Shown here: positions 25,532-40,554 of the stretch, piece after piece
How positions within the stretch are numbered: the first letter of the stretch is position 1
Layout of the letters: every line of letters starts with the position of its first letter
NCBI GenBank assembly: GCA_002633005.1
Contig: NMRA01000271.1
Location: forward strand, 203,588 to 267,587
DNA: 64,000 nt
Source: Phoronis australis
Taxonomy: Eukaryota > Animalia > Phoronida
Reading direction: 5' to 3'
The notes under the pieces: model-generated
Databases searched by the model: none
What the model saw: the letters and a program-made list of their open reading frames with translations, nothing else
Told to the model about the DNA's origin: nothing
Position numbers and translations under genes: made by a program

Positions 25532-28500
25532 TGTAGCATTTCAGTTATAGCTGCACTTCATCCAGTTCAGTTGGATAAAAACGAAAAACGAATAGGGCTT
25601 TTTAACTCTCATGAAACCGTCCTCATAAAATTCCTTACCAATACCAGTAAGAGCAACAAAACCATCACCGACTAAAGAAATTGTTTCGCAGTTTACTGGG
25701 ATTACAGCCAACCTGTGGTAAAATACTCCTTAAAATTGGGTTGTTTATAATACAAAACACTGTCAAGAGACTTTAAATTAACATCACAATTTTTGATGTG
25801 CAGCATGGGAGCTATTTTCAAAGATTGAAAATCGTGAACCAAGAACAACCCTTTCCTGTGAATGCAACCCTGAAAAATCTGTCAAGATCAGTGGGGAAAA
25901 ATGAGCTGCAGGCTGTGCACGACGGAAACAAGAAAGAGGTCAGATTGCTTTTTGATTGTTCAACTAATTTCGAAGATCTGTCCGTTGTTCTCTCCATGTC
26001 TTCAAGAATTCAAGAGTTTTGACGAAACAAAGTTTCATTTCACATTAATACTTCACTTTTGAGTTTATATCCACTTAGAACCCTTAATTATTCCAAGTAC
26101 AATATCCTCCAGTCATAAACCACAACCGTAGAATGATGTCATCAACAAAGTTCTTGCTAAAACAAGACCAGTACGCGGCTAGTTATCTTTAAATCAGGGA
26201 TAGCAAGCGAACACATCATTTGGCAGTTAAAAGTTAGCTAGCTTGTTCAAGAAAAAAATGGAACCCCCCCATTTCAAAACAAAAACATTTGTTTGCAATC
26301 AGTGAATGCATTCCTGAGGGGTCATGCAGGGGGTCAACAGGGTCACGACCCTGAGCATCTTACTTTCACCATCTGACAACACATGCTTCCCCACTACGGA
26401 CATGTGCCAGACAGACAAGGGCCAGGACATAGCACCAGTGTGGTCAGGCAATAGCTAGGTCTACAAGACACCATACACAGAGTCCATTAGTCACTAATAG
26501 GTTAGTTACACTAGCAGCAGTAGTTGTATGAGTAGTAACAATAGTGCAGCATGGAATCCACAAAAAGCAAAAGAGGAACTAACTAAAAATGGATGTCTGG
26601 GATCTGGCCATGGTCTAAGGGTAACATCTCTATTCACAACACCTGAAAAATAAAAACAAGTCACAACGCTTACTTCAGGTGTTCTAGTCGCTCAGAGAGT
26701 GCAACACCGGCAAGTGAACAAAAGAAACCTGGTAAAAATTCTTCAATTTGGGACGGCTATAACAGCTGAAATTTTCTCGATTTAAAATTTTGGCAAAAGT
26801 TGATTAGGGACAACTATGCATCACACATCACGCAGACCAATAAGTAAAACTTCCCTTAAAGTCACTTTTCTGTCATATTCTGCGCTTAACTGAGGAGTTG
26901 CAACCCACCGAACTACAAAACGCTTAGTCATAGCATCCTAGAGTTGTTTGACACAGACTTTGCTAAGACAGCATTGTCAATGAGTAAAAGCAGTAGGAAT
27001 GTTTACCATAATAATAACTGCATAATCTATGGACAACTTATCAACCACCAGCATATGAGTCATGTTTCAAGCACCTCGGTCAGTCTCAGTCGTATTCATA
27101 ATTTATGTAGCAACTACACTAAGGACATACTCACCTCTAAAGGAGATCAGAACAGGTACGCGTTAGTCGAACAATACTGTCATGCTCCTGAAAAAACAAA
27201 ATAGGCAACAATTAAAGAAAATACCATAACAACATACATAACAACAGAATAAACCATGATATGTACAAATTACACATCACGGTACCACAATGGCAAGGCC
27301 ACTGACCGCTACAAAATAGGTTTCAAAATTTTCCCATTACCTTGTCAAGACATTACTTCGATTGCGTCAAAGAATACCCAGAACACTTATAAGTGGAGTT
27401 CCGAGTCAACCAATGCTTCAGAACGTGACTGATTATTGTTTTACCAAGAAGCATTCATCAATGAAAAAAATTGTCACAGCAACCTATTGATGACATTTTA
27501 TTATTTAATTATCATTATTAGCACACGTTTAGACCCAGGGTTGAGTTTTCACTCATAATCCTGCTGAAAACATCTCAAACTTAAGATGGGTGGGAAAATT
27601 TCTCATCATCCCATTCGGTACACTTCACAACGAAACATCCTGACTCTGGTACTCACATAATATTTACCGTGTTGCACCAAGCCATTCAATTCTAAGTCAA
27701 AATGTTGTAGAATTTTAGAAGTAAGCTACAAAGATATTCCAATACGCAAATACTCCAACCATATTTCACCGACTTACAAGTCCAACCAGCTTTAGTTTGG
27801 CAAAACACTCCGGTATCAAATTCTGAGACTTCTGTCCTAGAACATGGTATTGGAAGTGAATTACCAATTCCTTATATGAAACTGACCACACAATAATTCC
27901 TATTTCAACAGATCAAAGAGCATAAACCCAACTATGAGCTGGACCCAACAACGAAAACACAATAACGTGTTTGGATTACATCAATAACTCTATAAATGTG
28001 ATAAAATCTGCTTGTCAAGATTAAATGGCCAAATAAACCTGATAAAATCTCATTGTCCCACACAATACATTAAACTGATAACAAAAACTACTACCCTGAT
28101 ACAGTGATAAAATCCCTTAATTCAAAAATCAATATATAAACCAACCGGCTGTGAAAATGATTCCATGATAAACAGGACTACAGCAATCAACAAGCTAACC
28201 CAGTTCTGCAGGCTCCTACCATGCCAACGCTGTGACACTCTTCTGTCATGATAATGATTTTGCCCAATACCTAGCATAGATCAGGCCATTTAGTATCCTA
28301 GCCAATAAGCTTGGCTGGTGTTGGGGGCACTTGGCAAGTTTCCCAGGAACTAACTATGTTGGACAGGGGCTATTGACTGTTGTGCAACAAACAGCTGATG
28401 TGTGTGTGGAGGGGGGGAGGGCAGTTGCCAATGGTTATAATTAATAGCTGTGTGTGTTTTCATTGTTGACCATGTGACTTTGCTGCTGTTTGGAGAATAG

Positions 28501-30820
28501 GTTTCAAAAGGGGCAGACAAATAACCACCCTTATTTGCACTGAGTTGGGATAAACCCATTTACTTAGAATCATTCATGCCTCAGTTGTTTCATCTCCTTG
28601 TCTACACAACTAAGGCCAAATTCCTTTAGGTTACATATGGCCTTATTGATGAAAGTCAATTCAAAGTCAATTACCAGAAAAACTAGGCTATGTCAACTGG
28701 TAAAAGTATGTATTTTCTGAAAGTATAGGGATCATGAAAATACACTTTTTTGTTCTGTGCCGTTGTTATCATAACGTGGCCACCATTTTTAAATCAAATT
28801 TTCACTTTTAGCAAAGGTACATTCATAACACAAATACTCAGTCGATTTCAATGAAACCTTCTTTCAATGAAAGCTTGCCGATATCTCTCAAAAAAAGCTG
28901 TTAAGAATTTTTGATTACTCATTTAATTATGTTTCGTGTTTCTTTGCTTATCGTCATGTTAATTATTTTATGGAAGAGAGTGGATGTGTTCTGATAAAAA
29001 TTTTCGCTTAAAAGTGACTCTGGTGGTGAGGAAACAAACTAACTGGTAGCGAAAATAAACCCTTTGTAAACGGCAAGTCTGTCTTGTCTAAAATTTGTTT
29101 CCGCTAGCATTTTCTCCACTGAAATTGCTGGCGTTTTCACCTCTCATGTGAACCCAGTAGAGGTGTTCTGGACAACACTGCTTCAGGCATGTTCACTACT
29201 TGCACACTGAGGTGGCACTGCAAAAAATGATTGTTGTGCATTGTTGTTTAGGACACAATGCCTTGTTTTAGCATTTATTTTAACAACCCAAATGTTAAAG
29301 CGCGCGTGTTGCAAACATGCAGAATCATTTGCAGTTTCGACACAACACTTCGTTTTCAAGCATACCGTAACTTCGAATTTGTGCAAGTAGTGAACTCTGT
29401 CACAGAGGAATGTCCAAATCACAAAATGGTTTGATAACAAAAATGAAAAATGCATGAATACAAACTACTGCTTAAAGTAAAATGTCACCAATTTAAGTCA
29501 CACAAGAACATTAGACTGAGATTTGCTGCTCTTCTGGTTTTGTGCTGCAGACAGTGATATGTAATTATTTAAAAAATTGAAGACATTCACCGCAACATAA
29601 AAAGCCGCTGAAAATAAAAACGGACAACTTTGGCAAATATTTTTGACTGAAATTGGCGAAATTTTATGAATCAGTTTTATGCACACATTTTTTACCTCTA
29701 TCCACACAAATTCAGTTTCAAAACAGTTCAGCAATCACAAGTACTTCACAAGGACCACCGTCAGGAAATGCCAAGCGCAACTAAGATGACCATTGGCTGA
29801 ACTCGAGAACTAAGGCAATATTTGCTGAGGCCAGTTATTAATCTGGGATAACGACCGATAAGCACCACTGGTACTCCAACTCTAGACAACAGTATTAAGT
29901 GTGAGTAAACCCAAGCAAGGGAGGCTTTGTGTATGAGTGGGTATTATGACATGGAGGTTGTACTGTCTGACAATTCCATGTAATAGGACCCTAATTGAAG
30001 ACGAAATTAAGGGTGTTAAGTTGGCCTGGGTTCTGTTTCAAAGTCACAGCTGCTGAAAAAAGATTCAGTTGAGCAATTACGAGCACAACAAACTCTAAAA
30101 ATAATTCATAGAAATACTCTCTGCAACTACCAGTTGTGTATATATTAGAAGAGACAGCCCTTTTTGTCAAATTTCTCATCAAAAATATGTAAATATCGAG
30201 AAACTTTTAGTACATAATTACTTGTTTGATTTATACTATGTAGAATTTATAACACACATATGGTAAATTTTTCTTTACCCGGTATTTGTAGCAAGGCACT
30301 ACGTTTTTGTTTTACCAAGTAGCAGTTTTATCCTAGAAACTTTTTGCAGATAACACATGGTAATTGGATATAGTATCTGGCACACTGTTACTTATGTCCA
30401 CTCCTAGGTTATACTGTTACTTATGTCCACTCCTAGACTATGTTAGACTTTGGACCACAGAGACCCCAGGTTACGAAACACATAGTTCAGGGTGAACTAC
30501 TGAACTGTTGGACCCCATAAGTTAAATTATTATTGAAGACCAGGAGACTCAGAATTATAAAGACAGGGCAGACCGCTTAGTGTGGTTTTTGGCCAACAGC
30601 AGCCAGGTCAGAAACAGGCCAAAACCAACACACATACAATAAACACATTCTGCAGTTTGCCTACAATGCTATGCATAAGTAGAGAACATGCCTCACAATT
30701 GCTTGCTAAATCTCACATCAAAACTCGTTTCTCATTCGCCCATTCTAGGACTTGTGATCTTCAACGGCTGTAAACGTGACGTAAAAATTAGCGAGCTGAA
30801 TGTGGCTTAGAAGTGTGTAA

Positions 30821-31180
30821 AGCCCCAATTCCACGTAGGTTCCGAATCAACACAGATCACATCCGACATGAGAACCGTGTAGCCGCTGTGATGAACCGCA
30901 GCCATCGCTGTTGGTCCTGGAACGTCCAAGAAGGTCCCTGGAGCTCCGTGACGGTCCGCAGAGATGACTATCGTATGATACATCCGAAGACGGTCTGTGG
31001 CCCGGGCGCGACCATTGTTGCTTCCATGTTGCCACCGTTGTGACAGTCAATAAACGATTGTTAAACTTTAATGACCCCCAAACACCTAAATAAGCACGGA
31101 TCATCCCGTATTTTGATCCGGTAGGATCCGCCACTTTCCATGACTCCCGTGTTCATCCGAACTTATACAAGACGGAGGCT
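30821..31180. mobile_element. Degenerate Harbinger-like MITE
   Basis: TAA|AGCCCC...GGAGGCT|TAA ends with a TAA TSD; CpG-rich island in CpG-poor surroundings. Confidence 0.5.
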
Positions 31181-31394
31181 TAAGCAGTTGAGATGCCTAA
31201 CTTTTTGAATTCTAGATCAATGGCATAATGCGATTTCTTACCTCGGTGGAAGGAGGTGGGAGGGAAGCTGAAATTGGGGTATGACTATTGACAACCTCCC
31301 TCGAGGCTGATATCAAACTACAATATCCCCTCTATGTGTGTGGGAGAGTGTTTGTGTTAGCGAGTCTGTGTGGATGGTGATAACCAGTAACCAG

Positions 31395-31936
31395 AAGCGT
31401 GTTCAATAGAGTGAGCGCCCGCGAGCAATTTGAGCGCCCTCGTCCTGAACAGCTGTGTTCACGTTAGCGCTCGCGAGCGCTCGCGAACAACCTCGAGAGC
31501 ATGTTCGCTTAGATTTCCAAGATGGCGTCCTGCGAAGGCTTCACGTCTGCAACATATGAACCTATTATGGTTCTGCAACACGAACACTAACCTCAAAAGT
31601 TGACCGACTCATCCGAAACTGCGACTTAAATTGCGGGTCGCTGTAGCGAGGAACAGTTTCCTCGACGTAATTTTCGATTCTTGTCGAGCCAAAGTCTTCA
31701 AGGTTGTTGTCTTGGGCTGCCGATATTAATAATTATTGGTAAAGATTAATCGTATTTATCGCTCAGTACGCCATAGGAAGGACTGTTAGTGTTAAACTCA
31801 TCGGCTAAGACGTTCAACACAATCTGCTTCAGAGTCGCCATACTGGATCGCACAGTGAGCGCTCACAGCTGTTCAGGAGCTGTTCCTTGTGTTCGTGAGT
31901 ACACGTTAGCGGGCGCTCACTCTGTTGAACACGCTT
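31395..31936. mobile_element. PIF/Harbinger-type non-autonomous element (young)
   Basis: ~29-bp TIR AAGCGTGTTCAA(T/C)AGAGTGAGCGCCCGC, exact 3-bp TSD CAG (31392-94, 31937-39), CpG-rich. Confidence 0.85.
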
Positions 31937-33352
31937 CAGAAGTGTTCCTCCATAATCACTGAATGATCAATTTAAAGGTCAATAAGTGTTGCCTTATCAA
32001 TAAACACAGGCGAATATTAGGCATTACATCTACAACATTGCCCTTGACCCAAAGGACCATGGAAATAACAGGGAACATGTTAATGAACACAAAACTATTC
32101 TTAATCTTACAATGCACTAGGGACACACTTCACAGCACTTCACGGCATGACATCGATTGCGTAAGAGTTCTACTTTACTAAAGGTCTTTCCTCACATCTA
32201 GTTAAATGGCTACTAGGCTAGAGATGTGGCAACATGAACAGCTAAGATTCATTACCAATAGCTTTTGTACTCTGTCATCACCAAAGTCATTGCCAAGTGA
32301 TGACAGGACCAGTCAAGTTGGAATTAAGTAGAGCTACCGTTTCAAACTTAGACATTTTAAGTACATGTAATTTTCCAAAAATGAAGAGTCTAGTCGGTTT
32401 TGGATAACTGAAAAGAAATACTTAGAGTTTACTAGAATGGTGAATATTTGATCAAAGCATTCTAAAAAATTTAAAGCAATATGTGCCAGTGTTGACAGCG
32501 ACATCTGCCAATAATTTTGATGACTCAAAAGTCAACCGTCCCCATTTTATTGACGTGTTGACGCATCCCTGTTAAATCCTCATATGTATTACAAAGTTAA
32601 AGTGGGATTAAACCCATGTTTTCTATCAAAAACTAAGTTTTGATCAGCGAAATTGGTCTTAAATAGTTCATACTAAGTTTAGAAATGATATCAGAGCTTG
32701 AGACGAACTGGCAGTTCATTATTTCTTTACACCAAGCTTACAAAATCTCAGGTCACGATGGAATGAACCACCACTTCTTTCCGAGACCAAAAATCAGACC
32801 TATTTTGACTAAGAAACAACTTGAGAACTGTTTCACAGTGGTAGGTGGCTTATAAGTCAAACCTTGTTTTATGACACAAAACACAGGTTTAATGTCGTTT
32901 TAACTTCTGTCCATGAGAGAATTTACGCTTTCCGCTAACCAATGCTCCTTTAAACACCACCAAGTGTATGCTAATGGAAAGGACCATCAGTCACAATAGG
33001 TCTCTGTCTCTGTTGCCAGAATACAAAAATTAGTTCTAAAACCAAACACTGTATGACCTCTGCACAAGATAAGTAAGACCTTCCTTGTGCAATGTGCAGA
33101 GTTGGTTCAAACACCAGGGACACAAATGACCATCTGCATGTTTGCCTGATTGACCTAAAGTTTAAAACCCATGTAATATCACTCTGGGTCTTAACATGCC
33201 TTCCAATAAACAAACCACCAACTGGGAGTAAAGTAACCCACAGCTTCATTTTGTGTTAACACCAGACTTGGAAATGTCTTCTAATTACTTAGTAAAAACT
33301 TGATGAAAGCAAAAAGCAACAACACAGAATAGAACTCGTTCATTCAGGGGCT

Positions 33353-33454
33353 ATAATCAGATGTAACGTGCCCACATATTGAGAACCAGTTTGATCCCCG
33401 TTATTCAGTGGAGAAAACTGGTTATCAAAATACGGGCACCTTATATAGGATTAT
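33353..33454. mobile_element. ~100-bp hairpin MITE, opposite orientation to 53091-53190
   Basis: ATAATCAGATGTAACGTGCCC..TTGAGAACCAGTTT / AAACTGGTTATCAAAATACGGGCACCTTATATAGGATTAT. Confidence 0.7.
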
Positions 33455-36091
33455 TACCCATTCAGGCATAATACAAAAAAATATCACCAATTACGGACAG
33501 CAATAATCGGCAGAATCGCCACGTTTTTCCACTTTCAAAATACCGTCTGATGGAAGCTATGGCACAGAACTTGAAAATAATAAATGAAAACTAAAATTTC
33601 ACTGCTCTGTCATAATCTACACTAAAATGATGAAATTTTACCAAAAAATAGGCTCCAAATTACACAAAACACGCTATAGAACCAATGGTACTTACATGAG
33701 ATGTTCAAAAATCCTCAGCTTGACTTCAGATGTTGAACACAGTTTTATGAATGGCGACTACAAAGAAATGAGGGATAAATACTTCATTAGAACCATGTGC
33801 GGAGGTGTCTTGAATAAGTTATGAATTAGATTTTCCCCATTTCCTCAGTAATAGACTAAAAACCACAGCATAACCAGAGCACGTGTATCAAAAACAGTAC
33901 ACAAACAAGGACGGGGTTAAGATTCCTTAATTTCGAACACTGGAAAACTTACTAATTTCCAAAAACTGGAGTCATGACTAACTGTTGTTTAGAAACAAGT
34001 GAGACTGTGTGGTCATTATTAAGAAATGTTAATTGATTCTTTCAAAATCGAATTGAAGCGTCTTCGCAAAGAGAAATGGTTTTGAAATTGGATTTAAGAA
34101 AATTATTGCTATTTTCAGAAAACTTTCAGTGTTCGAAATTGAAGACAGCCTCCAAATGGAATTTTAAACCTGTAATGTGATCTATTGGACACTTAAACAG
34201 CAAGGACACCATTTTGTGAGCTGGAAAATAGTCTAGACAGCAACAAAATATTTCATGTCCACAACGAGAGAAAGCGCCTCTAATCTCATATGCCTGGAGC
34301 TGTAAAGACGACATCCTTCATTTCAGCCTTCCAAATGGGTAGAAGTAATGCTATCAAGAGTTTATCATATATCAATATTCAGTTTACGTTTTGGACCAGG
34401 CAAGTTAAAACATGTTCCAACCACTAACAGAGGCCAAAAATAACCCATCGCCAATATCGATATCAAAACATCGCCATCAGACCACTTTTGCCTCCACAGA
34501 GAAATTGGTCTCGACAAGGTGGCTTCCGGCCTGGTTTTTTTAACAACTAACAACCGTGTACCTTGGGGACACTCAGTAAGTTAGACTGACTGACAACACG
34601 TGTGCGCCAAAGAATATGGCCGTCAGCAGATCAGAGATTTAGGCTGGTAGCCAGCACAAACCCCGAGTGGAGTTCCTGCAATTATAATTCCGGAAATGTC
34701 GAGGCTTGAAGTTGAGGTTTGTATGTTTCCAAACGCCACCATTTGTTTAAAAATATTTAGCGATAATTGTACACATGAACATGCCATCTATGATAAAATC
34801 TCACCAAACTAGAACAAAATATGGCCACCAGGTGGCATTTTATACCATTATTTTCAATATGAAAGACAGGTAGCACCAAAATTAAATGCTTTTACATGTT
34901 CCAGTTTTGTACAGTAGCTACTACCAGACAATATTGGGCATTGAAAACAGTGTTGGAAGCCCATGAAAAATAAAAAAGGGGTATTGTTGCCATGGCAATT
35001 GCTTTTTTCTTAAATTGATGAGATTTTGCTGCACTACGGTTTACAAAAATTGAGCTTTTCAAACAAAGCACAGGACGTATGAACAAAAACACCACAGCAT
35101 CTCAAATCACCGTGCTTATTTATTAGAATCTTCTCAACATGCCATTTCTATACACTACTTACTACCAATATATAAGAAGAGGCCAATGACACACTGGTGG
35201 AACTCTTACTTGAAGCTTTACTGACAACCGGCAGGCAGAAATCAAGTAATTGGGTACTGCCTGTAGCCCTTTTGAGCATAGGGACAAAATTAACAATCTG
35301 CCACATTAAGAATGGCCATTGACCTCAACTCACTGGGGGAGGAGGATTGTAATGGGGGTCAACTGAGTCATTGGTTTCAGGAAAGCAAGCTAATTAACAA
35401 GGATAAAGTTATAATTAGTCCCTTGACCCCCAGGGTGTCCTCAACAAGAGAAGACCAGCCAGTTGGTATTTATAACATAGACTGACATTTTTGTTTATCC
35501 TTTATCCTGGAGCTTGAAATTGTTTTCTCAGCAAATCAATCAGTTTTGATGCAGGGATAGTATTATGTTGAAGGCAAATGTCTACACAATGTATCAGTAA
35601 TAGAATCGCCCCTATTTCGAACTAAAATACTTGCCAAAGTTGCCCTTTTCATTTTCTCAAGGAAACATGGAAATCAGTGATCATATCAAAACCTTGAAAT
35701 GATTGAATTCAATGATCAAAACAAAATCTCACCAAACAAAGAAATGAAATTGTCATGTAAAACATTATTTCTTTATTATTTCATAAAAAGATATCTAGCT
35801 CCATATTAATATTCTTTTATGTTCAACCTTTGCACCATAGCTACCATCAGATAATATTGAAAAATAGAGCCGGGGTATTCGAATTGTTGGAAGCCCTTGA
35901 AAAATTAGCAAACGTAATTATTTTCGTGTGAAATTGATGACATTGAACTGCACTGTATAGACAATTGCATAAAACTATCGCTGCTTTAAAACTAATTGAT
36001 TTGCTGAGAAAAACCGACTCAAGTTCCACTCTTAATTACGGAAGAACAAAATTAAACTTATCCTATGATCCTATCTCTATAAAAAACTTAC

Positions 36092-36388
36092 TATAGTAAA
36101 AATTCTCCCATTTGGAAAAGTTAAAATTTATCATTTTGCTCAAGGTCGGAGCTCATAGCGAATTATGGAAATGGACAAAATGGTCTTCCCAAATTCAAGA
36201 ATCACCAGAAATATGGCAAAATAGCCCACCCAGTACCTTGAAAACCCAGTGTACAAAATTTGAGAAATATGATGAACACCAAAATTGGTCTTACCCTAAA
36301 TTCCAGAATTAAGAAAATTCGATTTTTGTCGGAGTCTCCGTGTTCCAAAGTCCACAGGCTGTCCCCAAACTGGAGAACATTTACCATA
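36092..36388. mobile_element. TA-flanked MITE, inverted homologue of 14071-14368
   Basis: TIR TATAGTAAAAATTCTCCCATTTGG / CCAAACTGGAGAACATTTACCATA; the spurious ORFs share KVGA...KFQN. Confidence 0.7.
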
Positions 36389-39300
36389 CTACTAGCCTGT
36401 CATAACATTTGTATCACCTCAAGCTGGTCAAACAAAGACACCTGTAGCCATTAAAATGACTGAGGGATAAAAATATCACTCTGATGAGCAACAGTTCTGA
36501 CCTGGTAACATTAACTATCAGCACCATATGTCAGTACCCACATAAAATAATACGCTAATCCTTAACCTCTTACAGGGCCAATCAAAATCACAACTTCTCG
36601 TTGCCCATTAATTAGGGGGACACACCGACACACCCAAGGTGTAAATCACAAACTGTCAACATGTCAAATCACAAGGTGTGCTTGTCAACTCCGCAAATAA
36701 AGTCATTATTTAAAGCAATGGCAAGGTATTCCTGACAACATCATTAATGGAGTCACAATTTACCGAAGTCACAAGAAGGGTGAACCGGTTTTAAACATGA
36801 TGCATAACATTGACAGACGGTAGCCCCCATTCAGCGGCACCATGAATACATTTAACCGTTAAATAACAGGAGACATTCATTTCTGCATCTCAACAATCAT
36901 GAGTGAGTCATACCTTACCCGAACAACTTGAAGACACCAGTGTCTGGGGGGAAGGCGCTCTCTTTAATTAACATGTATAGGAAGGTGGTGCTGCCACACT
37001 TTCTAAATCCGAACCAAAGCAAAACGATACTTTTACCAGCGACACTGTTAAGGTTATGAAGGTCCCCAGAAAAATCTCCAAATTTGGCTAACTTCAAAAC
37101 ATCATATCTCAGAAACGGCCGATAGGATTTATAAGAAACTCTTACACATTATGCTTTTTGGTTTTTTAAATGTTGCACTTTTCCATGAGGACAACCATAA
37201 TAGAACTTTCATGATCATATTGAAAAAATTCAAAAAGTGCACAAAACAAAAACAAAACGATAATTAAGAAAACAGTTAAAACCGTTTTTGAGATTTTATC
37301 TTGGAACATTTGTATTTAACGACATTTGGTCAGGTTGTTGATACCATTGTTTTGGTATGAATGTCTCCCATTAATGACGGATTGGTGTAAAGAAAAAACC
37401 ATCAATTACTACAGGACTTCTCCTTCCACAAAATACCTAGTTATACAGAGTTAAAATCCATAGTTTTGTATACAGTTGGCAAAGACTAGACAATAAGGGG
37501 CACATATCATACATACCCTAGATCAACCACGGAGCAACGGGTAAATGGGGGGAAATAGCTAACCAAGACGACCAAAGACTGAAAAATCAGAGGAACTACC
37601 ATACCTTTCCAACACCTGCATAAGCTGATGGTCAACTGTGGACAAAGAGTGGACGCCTAATGACTGGTCAGGCCAGAACTGAGGATATAACCTCTCCACC
37701 ACTCATCACAGCCTGAGCATCAGGTGAATCAATAACAGCTGGGCATAATTGAACCTGGCATGAAAACACACACACCACACTGAAGAATGTGATTAACAAC
37801 AATGACAATGCCAACAACAATGTCAGGGATAATGCCCAGTGCCAACACAGTTATCAAATGACTGTTTTTCAATGGTGCTAAATGCAACAGTCAAGCCTAT
37901 TATTACTGAGCTCACAATAGTCATGAATGGCAGAGCAGTGAATGGAAAATACTTCAAGTCCAGACAACTCCATAATTGCCACAGTTCCCAAAGAACAACA
38001 GAGTCATTCCTCACTACTTCAGGACACAACATGACCAACAAGTGAAATTATATTTTGTCAAATTTCCTCACAAAAATAAAAAATAAGAAAGTTTTTGTCT
38101 GTTAAAAGAAGATGTCACGAAACAACATTTAATAAAGTTTTCATCGTATGTAGCATGGCCTTTGGCAAATGTATAACTGTAACTGGGTCATGTTCAAGTG
38201 ATCTGGCCATAAATGCCCATTTAGGCGATCATACTTTAGTTGTCGATAAAAGTTTTTCAAGCTTCCTTGAAACCTTGAGGAAAATCTGCAGCATAGTTCA
38301 TGAATATTTTGTCAAATGGTTGGCAAGGAGGCAGCCCCCAAACGTCTGCAGCATGGCAAGGATTGGCCAGACACTCAAGAGCGGACAATGTATCATAGGC
38401 CATCCAGAGAAGCCCCACAATTGTCCTCTAAGTTCTGACGTCATCCATTTGAGAAATAAATTGCGAAGTGTAAAATAGAAGAAAATCCGACAAAAACTCA
38501 AAAACTAAACAGCAATAATCGTCCGCAAATGAGACAAAATGTTATGTTTCGTCGAACGCTACCAAAAAAGACCAAGTGAAAAATCAATCATGAAAATTAG
38601 CCGACACGAGTTAGTTACCCTGATACTTCACCAATTTCTGACAAGGCCACTGTACAACACATCCGTGACTACACTAATGAACTTACTGAGTGATATTAAG
38701 TTCATGAAACCCCCAGGAGTCATTAACCCAGAAGTTGGTGAACTGATTAACAGAGCAGACAATTTAATTATTGGCTGGAATGTTGAGTTATTAATGTCTG
38801 GTTTACATGACCTAGAGTTCCACAGGGTTTTGGCAGTTGAAAGGTGCCAGAAACTGCAATCCCAGAGACAAAGTTACCCCTTGCTGGGGGCACTACCACA
38901 CCAAGGAGTTCCCAGTATGAGCTGGAAAATGGACAAAATGACTGGAAACCAAGCAGACGACAATGCCGATGAGTCATAAATGTGAACTCTGCTTTTAACC
39001 TTTTTTTACCCATGGGGCTTGTTTTACAACAATACTGTGTCATTTGTCATACGCAGTCTATATAGATAACTACAATAAGATTTGATTGCAAGTTTACGTT
39101 TAAACTCGAGTCGTTATGCAATGGTAAACTTAACTGGCACCACAACAACAAATGTCAAATTAACCTTAGTGCAAAATGCTGACTAGCATGGCGGCAGTGT
39201 ACATGTATGGACTAAGCGCCCCACAGACGTGTAGAATTGCAGTTAGATACAGCCTAATCAGAGAGGGTTTTAAGGCATTCTGGGAAGTGAATATTGCGGG

Positions 39301-40554
39301 CACAAACAACCAAGAGGGTTTCGCAAGGAAAACAGATTGAGATGCCTGCCAAGAAGAATAGATTGACTCTAATTTGATCCCTAACCTGGACTGCGATCTG
39401 TAAACTGCAAGACATTGACTGGCGCTTGTGCCGAAAAATCTACGCTCATGATACACTAACAGTGACTTCAATCCCAGAATTCAACACTCCAACCTCGCTG
39501 ACCAATCAATTCAGTAGACACCATTTTAAGCTCCTGAGCATACTCTTGAAACACTCGCGTTTAATTTGTGTGATTTTGCGAGGTCTTGCAAGATTTTATG
39601 GCAAGGATCTAAGTCTACGGAATGATCTACAAATACAGTGAAAGTTGACCACCTTGTGTAATCACCCAGTGTAAACTAATGATTCTTCAATCCCATTGCT
39701 GTTTTCATCATCTAGCAAACTACCAGTATATGATTTCTTGGAAAAGACAGATATCAAAATTCATACAGAAGTCGATGACCTTTGTAACAGAGTAGCATTC
39801 ACGTAGAAACCTGCAAAGCATCAACAAATTTTACTAAAAGTTCAAGAATTTTCAATTAACATAAATGAACTAAGACACTGGCATACTCCAACTTAACATA
39901 TTCTGTACAGGAAATCCACCATAGTTTAAAACAAATAACCCAAACCATTCACCCTTAAGTATTAAACAAAATACCTTACATTACCCAGGCAATTTCTTCC
40001 TCTATTGAATACCAAACTATAAAGCAGTGCATCCATTTATTACCATAGAGAAACACGGAAGATAATCAGTTCAGATTATGAGCACTGAGGAAATCAATAA
40101 ACAGTCTTCCATGCTGGGTCTGTGCCTCAAGTTCTAGCTATGCAGAATGTTAAAATCAAACCAGCTTCTAGACATTTGAGTACAAAAATGCCAGCATCGC
40201 CTGGCATCAGGAGAACCTTGAAATCCGATCATACTCAAGAATGTGTGATGGTGCGAGGTTTTACTATAGTAACCACCACACCGATGGAAATGAACAACTG
40301 CCAAGTTCACAGACCCCTTCGGAATCGAAGGTCAATTTGGGAGACAATATGGTCCAGGATGTCACCTGACAATTTAATCAGATGAAATCGGTCCAAATTC
40401 AAAAGGCGTGCTTTCAGTTTATCTAACCAGCTGGATAATGCATCAATTATTAGTAATGTTCTTATCATCTGGAGGCAAGGTCAATAGACAGGGTTGTTAC
40501 CACTATAAGACTGAACATGAGCCACACCAAACATCCAGTGGCAACCTGCACTAC

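Noticed and set aside
30385-30437. Short local direct repeats (also ~54984-55028)
   Set aside because: Ordinary two-copy slippage duplications.
38539-38979. 146-aa plus-strand ORF
   Set aside because: No recognisable domain or convincing splice sites, antisense within the putative TRIM intron; a faint LINE-like look could not be supported.
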